Origin: Setoptus koraiensis
Lineage: Eukaryota > Animalia > Arthropoda
Assembly (NCBI GenBank): GCA_048013815.1
Contig: CM106585.1
Span: forward strand, 15,624,001-15,688,000
Length of the DNA: 64,000 nt
Direction: 5' to 3'
Positions within the stretch are counted from its first letter, which is position 1; each line of letters starts with the position of its first letter. Below the pieces are notes generated by a model. It was not told the DNA's origin. It ran no database searches and worked only from the letters and a program-made list of their open reading frames with translations. Shown here piece after piece: positions 12,101 to 23,136 of this stretch. Made by a program: the position numbers and the translations under genes.

Positions 12101-13525
12101 ATGAAGTCTACCTTGCTTATATTTCAACTATTTTTCGTGGTGACCTGTTGGGTGAGAGCCCATCATGACATGGATTACAATTGGTTTCAAACAGTTCCCT
12201 ATGTTCGGAAGGGCTCGATGAATCGTATAGGTTTTGGCCCCAAGATTCGCTCAAATTCTCTTCCTAAAAGGGACGAAAATCCCGTCATCAATGAACCGAA
12301 AAGTAAATGGAACCTTTCAAACACTTTCAAAAGGGTTTGCTATCTGAGAATGGACCCCTCCACAAATTTCAGGACTGAACATATTGACGGCGACCTATGT
12401 ACGCATATAATCTATGCTTTTTGTAAATTCGATCCGGTGTCGGGCAATATTCTTTTCGGTGCTGATTCGGATGAGCAATACATCAAAGATACTGCCAAGG
12501 TGAAGAGAAAGTATCCCCACTTGAAGTTGATGGTATCAATCTACAATGATGAGAACAGGGGCTTCAACACAATCGTTGGAAATAAAATCCTCTCTCGAAG
12601 GTAATTAATTACTCAACACATATATACAAGTTTGCTCTTGGTGCTCACCCGATCTTTGCATTAATAATTTCACTTGTTTTGCAACCATTCCTATAGAGTG
12701 GCTCGAGAGTCAATTAAGTTTATGGACAAATATTCATTCGACGGACTTGATTTGGATTGGGAGTTTCCTGGTTTTCCGAACAAGAATAAAACTGAGACAT
12801 CAGGTTACACCACAATAATCGCTGAACTTAGAAAAGCGTTCGGTCAAAAATACCTATTAACCGTGGCGACGCCTGCCCAAGAAAGAGTTTTCGCTGGCTA
12901 CGAACTATTCGAGATTTCTAAGCAAGTTGATTGGTTAAATGTGATGACCTATGATTATCACATGTGGCAATATTTTACTCCATTCACTGGACCAAATGCT
13001 CCTCTCTACACACTCTCTGGTGTAAATCATGTACCTGTTGCAAAACATCTTTCTATCAATTGGACAGTTCATGAATACATCAATCAAGGTGTCCCGAGAG
13101 AAAAAATTGTTTTGGGCATTCCTACGTACAGTAGAGGATTTAAATTGGCATTTTTAAGCGACCCAGAACCGTTCAGACCATCAACTGGACATTACGTGAA
13201 CGAGTTGAAAGACTATCTTATCTTTCCAGAAGTTTGTCGCCTTCTTTCGTTGCCAGGAACAAAGACTGGTTTCGACTCACAAGGTCGCGTTCCCTATCTA
13301 TCAACACCAGATAAAGTATGGGTCAGTTATGAAGATGAATATAGTCTTAAAGAAAAAGTAAACTTCATCATCCAGCATCAACTTGGTGGCTATATGACAT
13401 GGAATTTGAATTCAGATAATTTCGATGGGCCTTGCATGAAAGATGAAACGAGAAACATTTTACACAAAACGTTGTTGAATGCATGGGGAACTTATAGAAA
13501 AAGGATGAACGGATATTACCTGTGA
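12101..13525 (+). CDS. Secreted GH18 chitinase, 2 exons (12101-12600, 12697-13525), 442 aa, no chitin-binding domain
   Basis: Signal peptide; CTHIIYAF; intact DxxDxDxE motif (FDGLDLDWEFP); VMTYDYH; GGYMTW. A 96-bp GT..AG intron keeps the frame (SR|RVARE). Confidence 0.92.
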
Positions 13526-13942
13526 TTGTTACGCTGCTATGAGCAATTTGATTGTATCGAGCGCTTATCAAACTCTTGAGCCAGACCATTTATGGATTAC
13601 CGTCTTGATTGATATAACTTTGAGAACTTATAATTTTGATGACTTCTCTCCTTATGAAGACATTGTATTGTAAGTCACAGGAAGAATCACAAGAAACTTA
13701 TTCAAATTAACGAAACAATGACAATTATTTTCGCCTGGAGGGTGCCAAACTACGTATTCTACAATCAAGGGTAGATTTGATGCAAATCTTCGGTCCGGCA
13801 CAATGACACTTTTCATACATTTGGACCCCCCCCCCCTACCTGATGGCTATCATTGAAAAAAGAAAAACAAAATATGAGGTGTTGGTCGCGGTTAGCCCGG
13901 CGACTGGTATGTCGAGAAACAATTGACACTGCAAACAAAGCA

Positions 13943-14442
13943 NNNNNNNNNNNNNNNNNNNNNNNNNNNNNNNNNNNNNNNNNNNNNNNNNNNNNNNNNN
14001 NNNNNNNNNNNNNNNNNNNNNNNNNNNNNNNNNNNNNNNNNNNNNNNNNNNNNNNNNNNNNNNNNNNNNNNNNNNNNNNNNNNNNNNNNNNNNNNNNNNN
14101 NNNNNNNNNNNNNNNNNNNNNNNNNNNNNNNNNNNNNNNNNNNNNNNNNNNNNNNNNNNNNNNNNNNNNNNNNNNNNNNNNNNNNNNNNNNNNNNNNNNN
14201 NNNNNNNNNNNNNNNNNNNNNNNNNNNNNNNNNNNNNNNNNNNNNNNNNNNNNNNNNNNNNNNNNNNNNNNNNNNNNNNNNNNNNNNNNNNNNNNNNNNN
14301 NNNNNNNNNNNNNNNNNNNNNNNNNNNNNNNNNNNNNNNNNNNNNNNNNNNNNNNNNNNNNNNNNNNNNNNNNNNNNNNNNNNNNNNNNNNNNNNNNNNN
14401 NNNNNNNNNNNNNNNNNNNNNNNNNNNNNNNNNNNNNNNNNN
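13943..14442. other. Assembly gap (500 N)
   Basis: Run of exactly 500 N, probably a placeholder length. ORFs spanning it are artefacts. Confidence 1.
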
Positions 14443-15941
14443 CCACTTGTGCGACATATGGAGGTTGATAGTGCAAGCATATTTTTCATAGTTCTGTAGT
14501 TAGCTAATATCCAATAGTAGACCATGAAACATGTCATCGCAAGTGAAACTTTTCATATAGACCCCCAATCTCATGCCGATTCATGTAACAAACGTGCAGG
14601 AATCTCTTGCTTTGGTATGGGTCATAATCATTACGCCCATGGAGAACTTTACCTTTTTAGAAAAAATACAGGTCGCTCGGACACATTTTGGTTATAATCT
14701 TATTCAGATCTCTATGGATAATTGGTGATAAGCCCCATAGAACAGTTTGATTTGATTCACACGTGCCAGGGGTGGCAACATAAAAGGTGAATTGTGGCCA
14801 CGATCTAACTGACGAAGATAGTTTCTTGTGATGATTGGCCAGTGTTGTCTGAGTTGAACCTCCCTGTAATTTTCATCATCTTCCTCTGAAGGCAGCATTT
14901 GTGTACCTGGAGGACTTTCTCTAGTGCAATGTAGATCAAATTCCTTTGCCGAATACGCTAGAATGCGATCATTCGGTTCAGCAAATGTTGTACTGAATCC
15001 AGTTGGACTCTCGTATGCAAGTCGCTTGTTACTTGTAGCGATTGATTCCTCTCCGTTGCGACATCAACTATCTTGGCTATTCTAAATTGGTATAACTGTT
15101 TTATCAGACAGTATATGGCAGAGTTGTCGCCATGATATCTATCAATCAGGTCGTCATATTCTACTGGCCTAAGTAGATTGACAATTCGCTCGAATATCCA
15201 ACAATTCTTGTTCTAAACTCCACCTTAACCTGCAATTTTATGACAGTCATCCTTAAATTGGTGATGTCCAAGTATGATCCGAAGCTCTCACATGATTTGG
15301 CTGCTTCTAGGAGCCATCCTAGACTAAATTTACGGTAGCCATCAATCCAATTGATGCGATATTTTATCTTGTTACCATCGACTATTGTGCATGTCTCTAA
15401 CTGAAAACTTGGTTTTTCATATTCAGTTAGAGCACTCAATCCCTGTCTAGAATGCTAATTTAAACATTGATCACATCTACATGATTGCCATGTTAGACTG
15501 GATAGAAGCTTTGAGTTTTCATCTATCGAGATGTCCACATCATTATGTCTAAAATGGCCGTTCTCATCAATGTCGCCAAATTTATTTTTCACATCATCGA
15601 TGATCTCGTAGCTGAATTTCGGCGATTCTTTCTTGCTGTATCGTCTTCAAAATCTTCATGAAATCCTTGTTTTTACATCGAGATCCAGAGTGAGCGTCAC
15701 CTGATAAACTTTTGATAATGACCATGCACCTCCTGTGCGACAACACGCAACAGCTGATGCATCGACACCGAAAGAATAACCACATGTTCATAAAAAATCC
15801 ACATTGCGTATTTGCAGTCGCACGCTTATTTCCATCAGTTTGTTGGCATCAGAGCCATATCGTATCAGCTAATGTTTTGTCATCTATTAAACACCTAGTG
15901 TTTGGAATAATTTCCTCCTAACATCGGTAGTCACAGCAAGA

Positions 15942-16556
15942 ATGTCTTTTCAATATATTGAATCCAACCGAGTGTCTAAGGCTCAAAAAAGAAGAGAGGC
16001 CAAGGCGGTCAAGAAGGCAGAGCAGATCAAAAGGATCGAAGAAGCTGAAAAATTGGATGAGCACAAGGAAAGAACTATAGAAAGTGATAAGCTGTCAATT
16101 CAATTGAAATCGAAAAAATTGAAAATCAAGGACATTGAATCCGATGGTGACTGCTTGTATCGTGCTATTGAGCATCAACTATCCATCTTAGGGTGTAGCT
16201 CCGAAAAATTGAATTATCAGGAGTTGAGAGATAAGACAAGCGAATATATGCTTAGATATCCTGATAAATTCATGCCGTTTTTGGCCAGCAGCTCCAACGA
16301 TGAACCTATGACTCAAAAGGAATATACCTCTTATTGTAACAAGATATCTACTACAAAAACGTGGGGTGGTAACGTCGAGCTGTCCGCTCTCACCCAGATA
16401 ATCAACAGGCCCATACACGTCTATCAGGCTGAGGGCCTTTCTCCTATTATCCTAACACCTGACACACCTAATCCAGGCAAACCAATTAAGCTCAGTTTCC
16501 ACAGACACCTGTATCATCTCGGCGAACACTACAACAGTCTTGTTGATGTTCTATGA
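15942..16556 (+). CDS. OTUD6B: OTU-domain deubiquitinase, OTUD6B-like, 204 aa
   Basis: RVSKAQKRRE, DGDCLYRAI (catalytic Cys), WGG..EL and FHRHLYHLGEHYNS (catalytic His). Confidence 0.88.
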   Translation: MSFQYIESNRVSKAQKRREAKAVKKAEQIKRIEEAEKLDEHKERTIESDKLSIQLKSKKLKIKDIESDGDCLYRAIEHQLSILGCSSEKLNYQELRDKTSEYMLRYPDKFMPFLASSSNDEPMTQKEYTSYCNKISTTKTWGGNVELSALTQIINRPIHVYQAEGLSPIILTPDTPNPGKPIKLSFHRHLYHLGEHYNSLVDVL

Positions 16557-17402
16557 ATTTTATTTGAAGACTCAAGCAAGGAATGCTTGAGGAAAGCTTT
16601 AATGCATGATTATGCCTCGGATTGATTGTACAATGCCATTCAAAAAAGAGGCAAAATTGCAACGACAATGTAAACACAATTCTGGTAATAATGTAATCGT
16701 AACAATGCTCATTAGCATGTTGATTGATGACACTCTCACAACACCAAAACTTAATCGTCGCAACATGTAAGTCGGGCATCAGTCACAACACATGCCCAAT
16801 TAAACTTTGCACTTGCTGTTAAGAAGGCATTGTATCATTGGTGTTGGCTCGTTATTGTCATGTTGATCTATTATTCAGTTAAACTATCCTACGAAATTCT
16901 ATCAACACTTTTTCAAGTTATGGAGGAGTTCTCGAGAAGAAAAGGAAATTTCCTTTGTTACTCATTCTTTATTAATTAAGCGTCCTTATTAATGTAACTG
17001 CTCAAGCTCACTCATCGTGTGTCAAGACATGGCGACTCATTAAAGTTGAAGTGTTGATAGAATAAATGAAAACCTTACTATTCTTTGGAACATGCGTATC
17101 GTTGATAATACTGTCATACTATCTCTAGTAATTTCTTTTCGTTAGTATTGCTGATTTCTAGATTGAATTATACTCTTAATAGTTTTTAGCCTATATAACT
17201 CTCTTTCTCCGGTTATGAACTGACATATGAAGGATTGTTTTCTTTCCATTTGAAATATAAGATACAGATTTTATAGTATTCGATCATTTATATAAAATAA
17301 ATCATTTCGATTACAGAATACAAAATTAATCCGTTCTGGACACTGAATCCTCACGAACTAATTCAAGTCATCATTAAATAACATAGATTAATACCGAAAA
17401 AG

Positions 17403-18399
17403 ATGAATGAAAATATGAGCGAAGTTAGTATCGATAGGACGAAAGACAATCTTGGCCGAATGTTAATAATAATAAGATAAAACTTTACCTTTTGTACTTT
17501 CACCATGTAGGAAGATAGAATCAAGCGCGAGGAGCGTGAGAAGAAGAAAGCTGAAGTTAGAGCTAGACTTGAAGCCTCATCTAAAGCCAATAAGAAGAAG
17601 GGTTTCATGACGCCTGAGAGAAAGAAGAAGTTGCGGGTATGTGTAACATGGTAAAAGTATTGCGGGGGATGTATCTTGAATTCTCTTACATGACAATCTA
17701 TTACTATGTCTATGTGCAAAATGAATTGTAGTTGCTCTTAAGAAAAAAGGCCGCCGAGGAGTTGAAACGTCAACAAGAGGCCAAAGCAAATGAACGAAGG
17801 AAGGTAATTACTGAGAGAACAGGCCCGAAAAAGAGTCTGGATAATCTGGACGAAAGTAAGTAGGCTCAGAATAGCAATCATGTGCTACTGCTTAAATATT
17901 GCACCTTGACGGCTAAATCTTACATTGTTCATGTAGGTGAACTGCAAGAACTCTGTAAAGAGTATCACAGCAGAATTGGACAGCTAGAGAGTAGTAAATA
18001 TGATCTTGAATATCATGTCAAACGGATAGACTTTGAAATACATGAACTTTCTATGAAAGTCAACGATATGCGAGGCAAATAGTGAGTAATTCAGTTCCAT
18101 CTTTCCGTAACCTGCTTCCGGTTACCTATTTGTTAAGCCACTCTTATAACCATAATTTCTCGTTGCTCCATCGTTACAGTATCAAGCCTACTTTGAAAAA
18201 AGTGCCCAAATTCGGTGTTAAGATAGAGCGTATGTTGTTGAACGCTAGGAAAGAAGTTGGGTTCACTGTTAATTTAAAATCTGTCAAAAGAGATCAATTC
18301 AAGAACGAGGATATAAATAGAGACAGCAACCAGACACCTGAGTGGTCGTGGAAGAAGCAGCAAGGCTCTGACCAGGCGGCCCCGGATCAGGATCAATAG
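17403..18399 (+). CDS. wupA: Troponin I, 5 exons (17403-17423, 17511-17636, 17732-17855, 17937-18081, 18180-18399)
   Basis: KKKGFMTPERKKKLR|LLLRKKAAEEL, KYDLEY and NDMRGKY|IKPTLKKV. All four introns (87, 95, 81, 98 bp) are GT..AG with compatible phases. The 21-nt first exon is inferred. Confidence 0.92.
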
Positions 18400-19153
18400 A
18401 TCCATGCATCAAACCATCTTGACAGAGCGAATGGAAGTTAGAATGAATCCATCAGTAAAAATGAAATGACACGTGCTTCGAAATCTCATCAGAATACTCT
18501 GGCTGATTCTTTGTCAAGCAAGTCGGCGAAGCGCTGCGTTGATTGTACGACAAATCGATTGTCGACGTTTTTGTTCAATTTAGTAATAATAGCCATTCTT
18601 TAGTGAAGAGAATCAACTGAATTAAGCTCATATAGTGTGAAAGTTTAACTTACTCAATGACGGGATTCTCTTTATTGATTGTCGGTTCGTGTGCTCCGAT
18701 TTCTGTCACTCTCAATCTATCAGCTGCCGCTGCGCCAATGTCCGGCCGCTGCGATTTTGCTACTCCGCTCATGGTTGCTATTAGCACTTGATTATCGCAT
18801 CTTGATACTCGAAACTTAAAACTACCGGTTAATTATGATTTTTATTTGTGCCTCCTGTTGTTTTCATTGTCGGTCGCCAATCCTTTGCAAGTTGGCTCTT
18901 GACCGTTTAGCTTTACAATCATTTGGATGCTCGTCGACAGTTGATCGAAAATTGACTATTTAGTTATAGAATGGATTTAATGATTGATTTATTGAATAAC
19001 TAGCGTTGTGATAGAACGCTATTGTAAGTTTGACATTTGAGAACTCAGAACTAGAAATACAATTGTGTATATAATAGAGCGCTAGATAGAGCGAACAACG
19101 CTGCACCTAATACGCCGCATTTAGCTTTATTCATAGATCCACTCTTGGTCAAT

Positions 19154-20029
19154 TTACACTCTACCGCCATTTAGACCAATCATCCTCTTGCACATATCTT
19201 TTTCTGCTTGTGTTTGTTTAAGTTGCCTCTTACGAAGTTGCTCAAGGGCCAACTTGGCTGCTTTGTTCTCCGGTTCTAGCTCTAATATCTTGTTTAGAGA
19301 GACCATGGCATCTTCAAATTTACCTGTATTGGTTTCAATGGTAGATTTGCGATACAATGACTTCACGTTGTTAGGACTAATATCCAGGGCACTCTCAACC
19401 GCTGCCAGTGCCTTTATATACTGATCTGTTTTGATATAACAAGCCGCCAAGTTGTTTTTGGCAGACACAAGCAAGCTGTTTTGGTCAGCTGGCAGAACAT
19501 ACTCCAGATATACTATGCTTGATTTATATGATTCTATCGCGTATTCATATTCTTCTTTTTTGAACCAGAAATTTCCTCTTTCGCGTTTTCTATCAGCGAT
19601 GGATAATCTCTGTTTGCCATCCATCTTGTTAAGATGATGATCAACGTATTCTTCACTGGAATATCTCGATAACAATTTTATAGTACATTCCAATGTGGCA
19701 TCTGGTGGAACCTCGGGCAGATTACCTTTGTCGCCATAGGCAAAGCGGGGCTTGAATTTAAATAGTGATTTCTCCCCAATATTCATCAATGGAATGACAA
19801 TAATTACGGCTGGAAATAGGTCCGAATCAACGCTGATGGCAAAATTCGTGTGGCTGTCGCTTTCAATGAGCTTGCCGTCCAATCTGGTCTCAATGTCAAT
19901 GAAAGCAAAAAATCTACGCGATGCCCCCATATCCAGATAGTCAGGATTCCCAGGATTCCCAGGATCTCCAGGTTCTATGACCTGCCTAAGGATTGCACCA
20001 CTGCCTAAGATATCCTTCTCCTCCTCCAT
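19154..20029 (-). CDS. FKBP8: FKBP8/FKBP38-like FKBP-TPR protein, copy 1; tail anchor lost by a frameshift (possible recent pseudogene)
   Basis: FKBP-like domain (FAYGDKGNLPEVPPDATL) plus TPRs (KRERGNFWFKK, NNLAACYIK, NVKSLYRK). Highly similar to 58891-59931. The TM-tail sequence persists out of frame at 19051-19156. Confidence 0.8.
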   Translation of the reverse strand: MEEEKDILGSGAILRQVIEPGDPGNPGNPDYLDMGASRRFFAFIDIETRLDGKLIESDSHTNFAISVDSDLFPAVIIVIPLMNIGEKSLFKFKPRFAYGDKGNLPEVPPDATLECTIKLLSRYSSEEYVDHHLNKMDGKQRLSIADRKRERGNFWFKKEEYEYAIESYKSSIVYLEYVLPADQNSLLVSAKNNLAACYIKTDQYIKALAAVESALDISPNNVKSLYRKSTIETNTGKFEDAMVSLNKILELEPENKAAKLALEQLRKRQLKQTQAEKDMCKRMIGLNGGRV

Positions 20030-20230
20030 GATGCTGGTTTTAGTAATAATTTGGATCGATATTTGTGGTGGTCGTAGGGCTATTTGAGGTAGCTGTAGCC
20101 TATGACTGGATTGGTTGATGCAAGTGTAGTGTTCCGGCAGAAATGTTTTATTCTCGTGGCTCTAACCACTTCGAATTTTTGCTACTCTCTACCAATATTG
20201 GCAGAAAGGGTAGAAACGGTTTATATATTC

Positions 20231-20370
20231 TGGCAGAAAGTGACAGAGAGTGGCAGAGAGTGACAGAAAGTGGCAGAAAGTGGCAGAGAGTGACAGAAAG
20301 TGGCAGAAAGTGGCAAAAAGTGACAAAAAGTGGCAAAAAGTGACAAAAAGTGGCAAAAAGTGGCAGAAAG
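20231..20370. repeat. 10-bp minisatellite, 14 units of TG(G/A)CA(G/A)A(A/G)AG
   Basis: Directly visible tandem units (tggcagaaag, tgacagagag, tggcaaaaag and variants). Confidence 0.95.
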
Positions 20371-20514
20371 CACGACTTGCTTTCTTGCCAGTGAGCGTGC
20401 TGTGTCCGGTGCTGCACAGACTGTGTTCTGTCAAAATTGAAAACTTCAGCGGCCACCATTCACTTTCATCAATTTCTGCCATTGACGAAAGTGGCCGAAA
20501 GTGGGAGTCTCAAC

Positions 20515-20660
20515 TAGTGTTGCGGCCTAAATGGTTTAAAGTTTAAACCCATGGCTTTTATTCGGACTTTTATTCGCAATAAAGGCCACTTTAGGCCCGG
20601 TGGTTTAAACCCGAACGGGCCTAAAGTGGCCTTTATTCTAGAATAAAGGCCGCCACACTA
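20515..20660. mobile_element. 146-bp hAT-like MITE with 8-bp target-site duplication
   Basis: TIRs TAGTGTTGCGGCCT and AGGCCGCCACACTA (1 mismatch). Flanked by GTCTCAAC (20507-20514) and GTCTCAGC (20661-20668). Perfect 22-bp internal inverted repeat at 20578-20599 / 20616-20637. An 8-bp TSD and TAG ends are hAT hallmarks. Confidence 0.75.
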
Positions 20661-20941
20661 GTCTCAGCTATTTCTGCGGAGTATAAACTGTTCCTACCGT
20701 TTCTGCCCGATGGAAGAAACGCCAGAAATGGCAGAAAGTGGTGGTTGCAAACATTGAGTTTCTAGCAGAACACTAGCAAATTCTGACCGAATCACGCAAC
20801 AAACTCGTTTGAAGTACGCGCTTAAATGAGCGGAGCGAAGCATTATTTTTCAATCAGCTTGCTTCGTTGTTTATATTACTCGGACATTTCCATAGACTAC
20901 AAGTTATTCTTACCAAAGTTTATACTTTTTTTACTTTCAGG

Positions 20942-22016
20942 ATGGCAGAGGATGCCGAAATAGTTGCTCTGGTAAGCCCCGTTCACCAATGATCATAAAT
21001 ATGGCCTGATATCGACTCTAATTATCTAATATCCTCTCTTGCATCTATAGCAACTGGAGTTTGAGTGGCTGCTCAATGAAGAAGTAAGTGTCATACTTAC
21101 CGAACTCACCAATATACTGACGGAATGTTGTCGCAGATTTCTGGTGCAATTGCCCGATACTTTAGTTCAGACAGAAAAATATACCCTTACACATTGTAGT
21201 CCAAATCAGCAGGATCTAACGAAAATCAAGGCAACAGTGGAGGGTGATAAAATAACTGCTGCCGACATTAGTATCAGATTATCTAAGCATCCAATGCAAA
21301 CCATCAAGACGAGTATCAATGGTGGACCAGATAATAGCAGCTGTTGGCGTCTTTATCAGATTCAAGACGCCAGAAATCACCTAACTAAAGCACTCCATCT
21401 TCTTACGTCGCCGCCTCTTCGCATGGGTGCTTCAAATAAGTATGATTTCAAGTCAGCCGAAGAAGTTATCCAGCTGATAAATTCTGTTATGGGTAGCTTA
21501 CAAAAAAGTAGAAATAGCCTAATTGTACCGAAAAAACGGACGATTGAAGAGCTGCAGCACAGCCAAAATATGGTGAGTTTGAATTTTATAAAGCCGAGAC
21601 AAGACTATCCAGTTTACTATCCGACACGATTAAGGATTATTCTACCCAACAACTGATTCATCTCATTCAATATATTTCACAGCAATCTATTAAGCCAGCA
21701 TTACCACTGGACCTTGCCATCAGCTTTTATATTCAATCCCACAATTTAGTCTGTTCAGTATATCAATTGCCCAGTAATGGTAGCAAACAAGTCAAATCAG
21801 AATTTCAGGTAATTTTACGCTTTTTAATCTCATCTCCATACACTTATCAAACATTTCTTATTAATACTTCAATCACCATTTCATCAGGCGGAGGTTTCCG
21901 TGCCGATTCTTAGCGAAGTGCTAGTTTTTCTCAGTTTAGGTCTACAGTGTTGTCAGCAACTGAAGGACAAAGTCAATATCTTCACCCAATACAAAGATAT
22001 GCACTTCAATGATTAA
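20942..22016 (+). CDS. ROGDI: Rogdi homolog, 4 exons (20942-20971, 21051-21572, 21683-21808, 21888-22016), 268 aa
   Basis: QLEFEWLLNEEV..L..IL.EC, WRLYQIQDARNHL, SLIVPKKRTIEELQ, PLDLAISFYIQ and LQCCQQLKDKV. Three phase-0 GT..AG introns. Confidence 0.88.
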
Positions 22017-22447
22017 AACCAAGATCTCTATCAACCTATATTCGGGATTACACCTTCCTCTTTGTTTTTCAACTTGCGACCAGCAAATCATAGCAACATA
22101 AGGTGCATTCCGTATGTTGGACTCTCCTTTGCTTCTTCAGGCATGATTCCAGTATTGTCCACCTTGTATAAAACAGTCCCAATTTTATTTAAGCTCTACT
22201 ATTGTTCGACTTGTCAACTCTGATGAATAAAAGGAAAATATGTGCGGTTCCTTCGGAGCTTCTACACTTTGCCCAGGTAACTAGAGCAATGTTACATCGC
22301 CAAGGTAATTTGATTCAAATAACGCGCTATTACGGTTTTCGAAAGTCAACCTGGACCCAATCAAAAAAATAAGGAATGAGAAATACCCCTGAAATTTAGA
22401 CCAAATAGGCTTAAAATATAGCAAATGTATTGAGACGAACAATCGTC

Positions 22448-22927
22448 ATGGATTACAGCAGAATTCCTTTTAGCATTGTTTGGACGCCGTTACCATTGAT
22501 AACATGGCTGATACCTATAATCGGACATACTGGTATAACTGATTCTGAGGGAAAGATATATGATTTTGGTGGATCTTATTATGTAGCTGTGGACAACTTT
22601 ACATTTGGCAATCCCACAAAATACCTTAAGTTGGACCCAAGTAAGGCCGGTGGAGCTAATCAATGGGATGAGGCGATACTTAAGGGAGCGGACAAATATG
22701 GACAAACTTGTCACAACATTGTGACCAACAATTGTCACGATCACGTTGCAGATACTCTCAACTATATGAGCTACGATGGTAAAAAGAACTATAATCAATT
22801 TAGCATATTCCTTATGATGACTTTTAAATCAAGCTATTGCGGTTTCAGCGGTTTTTTGAAACAGTGGTTTCTATTTATAATAATCTTTACAGTATTAGTC
22901 GTATTCCTTATCAAGAGCTTGTTGTGA
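22448..22927 (+). CDS. TMEM222: TMEM222 family membrane protein, 159 aa
   Basis: RIPFSIVWTPLPLITWLIPIIGHTGI, DFGGSYYV, FGNPTKY and HNIVTNNCHDHVA. First ATG is at 22448. Confidence 0.9.
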   Translation: MDYSRIPFSIVWTPLPLITWLIPIIGHTGITDSEGKIYDFGGSYYVAVDNFTFGNPTKYLKLDPSKAGGANQWDEAILKGADKYGQTCHNIVTNNCHDHVADTLNYMSYDGKKNYNQFSIFLMMTFKSSYCGFSGFLKQWFLFIIIFTVLVVFLIKSLL

Positions 22928-23063
22928 TTTCTGATCTTATTTTGCCATTTACAATAAATTGAAAATATCTAGATTAAAAAACGAATATAACAATTACAAT
23001 AATGGATGTATATTGTGGGGTGTAACGGGGGTGAGCGCAAATGAAAATTTTTCAAAAAGAGTG

Positions 23064-23136
23064 TGGTCAGCGTGGGGATCGAACCCACGACCTTCGCGTT
23101 ATTAGCACGACGCTCTACCGACTAAGCTAGCCGACC
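23064..23136 (-). tRNA. tRNA-Ile (anticodon AAT)
   Basis: Reverse complement GGTCGGCTAGCTTAGTCGGTAGAGCGTCGTGCTAATAACGCGAAGGTCGTGGGTTCGATCCCCACGCTGACCA: 7-bp acceptor stem, D arm, CT-AAT-AA loop and GTTCGA T loop. A T5 Pol III terminator follows just downstream. Confidence 0.96.

Larger units (their letters stand above)
20127..20775. mobile_element. Putative non-autonomous DNA transposon (~650 bp) with TAGTGTT termini, carrying a 10-bp satellite and a nested MITE
   Basis: TAGTGTTCCGGCAGAAA (20127) versus TTTCTAGCAGAACACTA (ends 20775) gives a 14/17 inverted match. TGGCAGAAAG units are dispersed inside in both orientations. No clear TSD. Confidence 0.55.

Noticed and set aside
13813-14537. Six ORFs made mostly of X
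   Set aside because: Artefacts of the 500-N gap.
18650-18772. Short minus-strand ORF (MSGVAKSQRPD..) ending at a GTAAGT donor
   Set aside because: About 39 codons, and the nearest acceptor leads straight to a stop; probably UTR or noise.
20143-20546. ORFs with repeating AESDRKWQKV / FCHFLPL
   Set aside because: Translations of the 10-bp minisatellite inside the transposon-like element; not CRISPR-like because there are no unique spacers.
21093-21101. ATACTTACC, matching the U1 snRNA 5' end
   Set aside because: Lies inside Rogdi exon 2 with no further U1 similarity.
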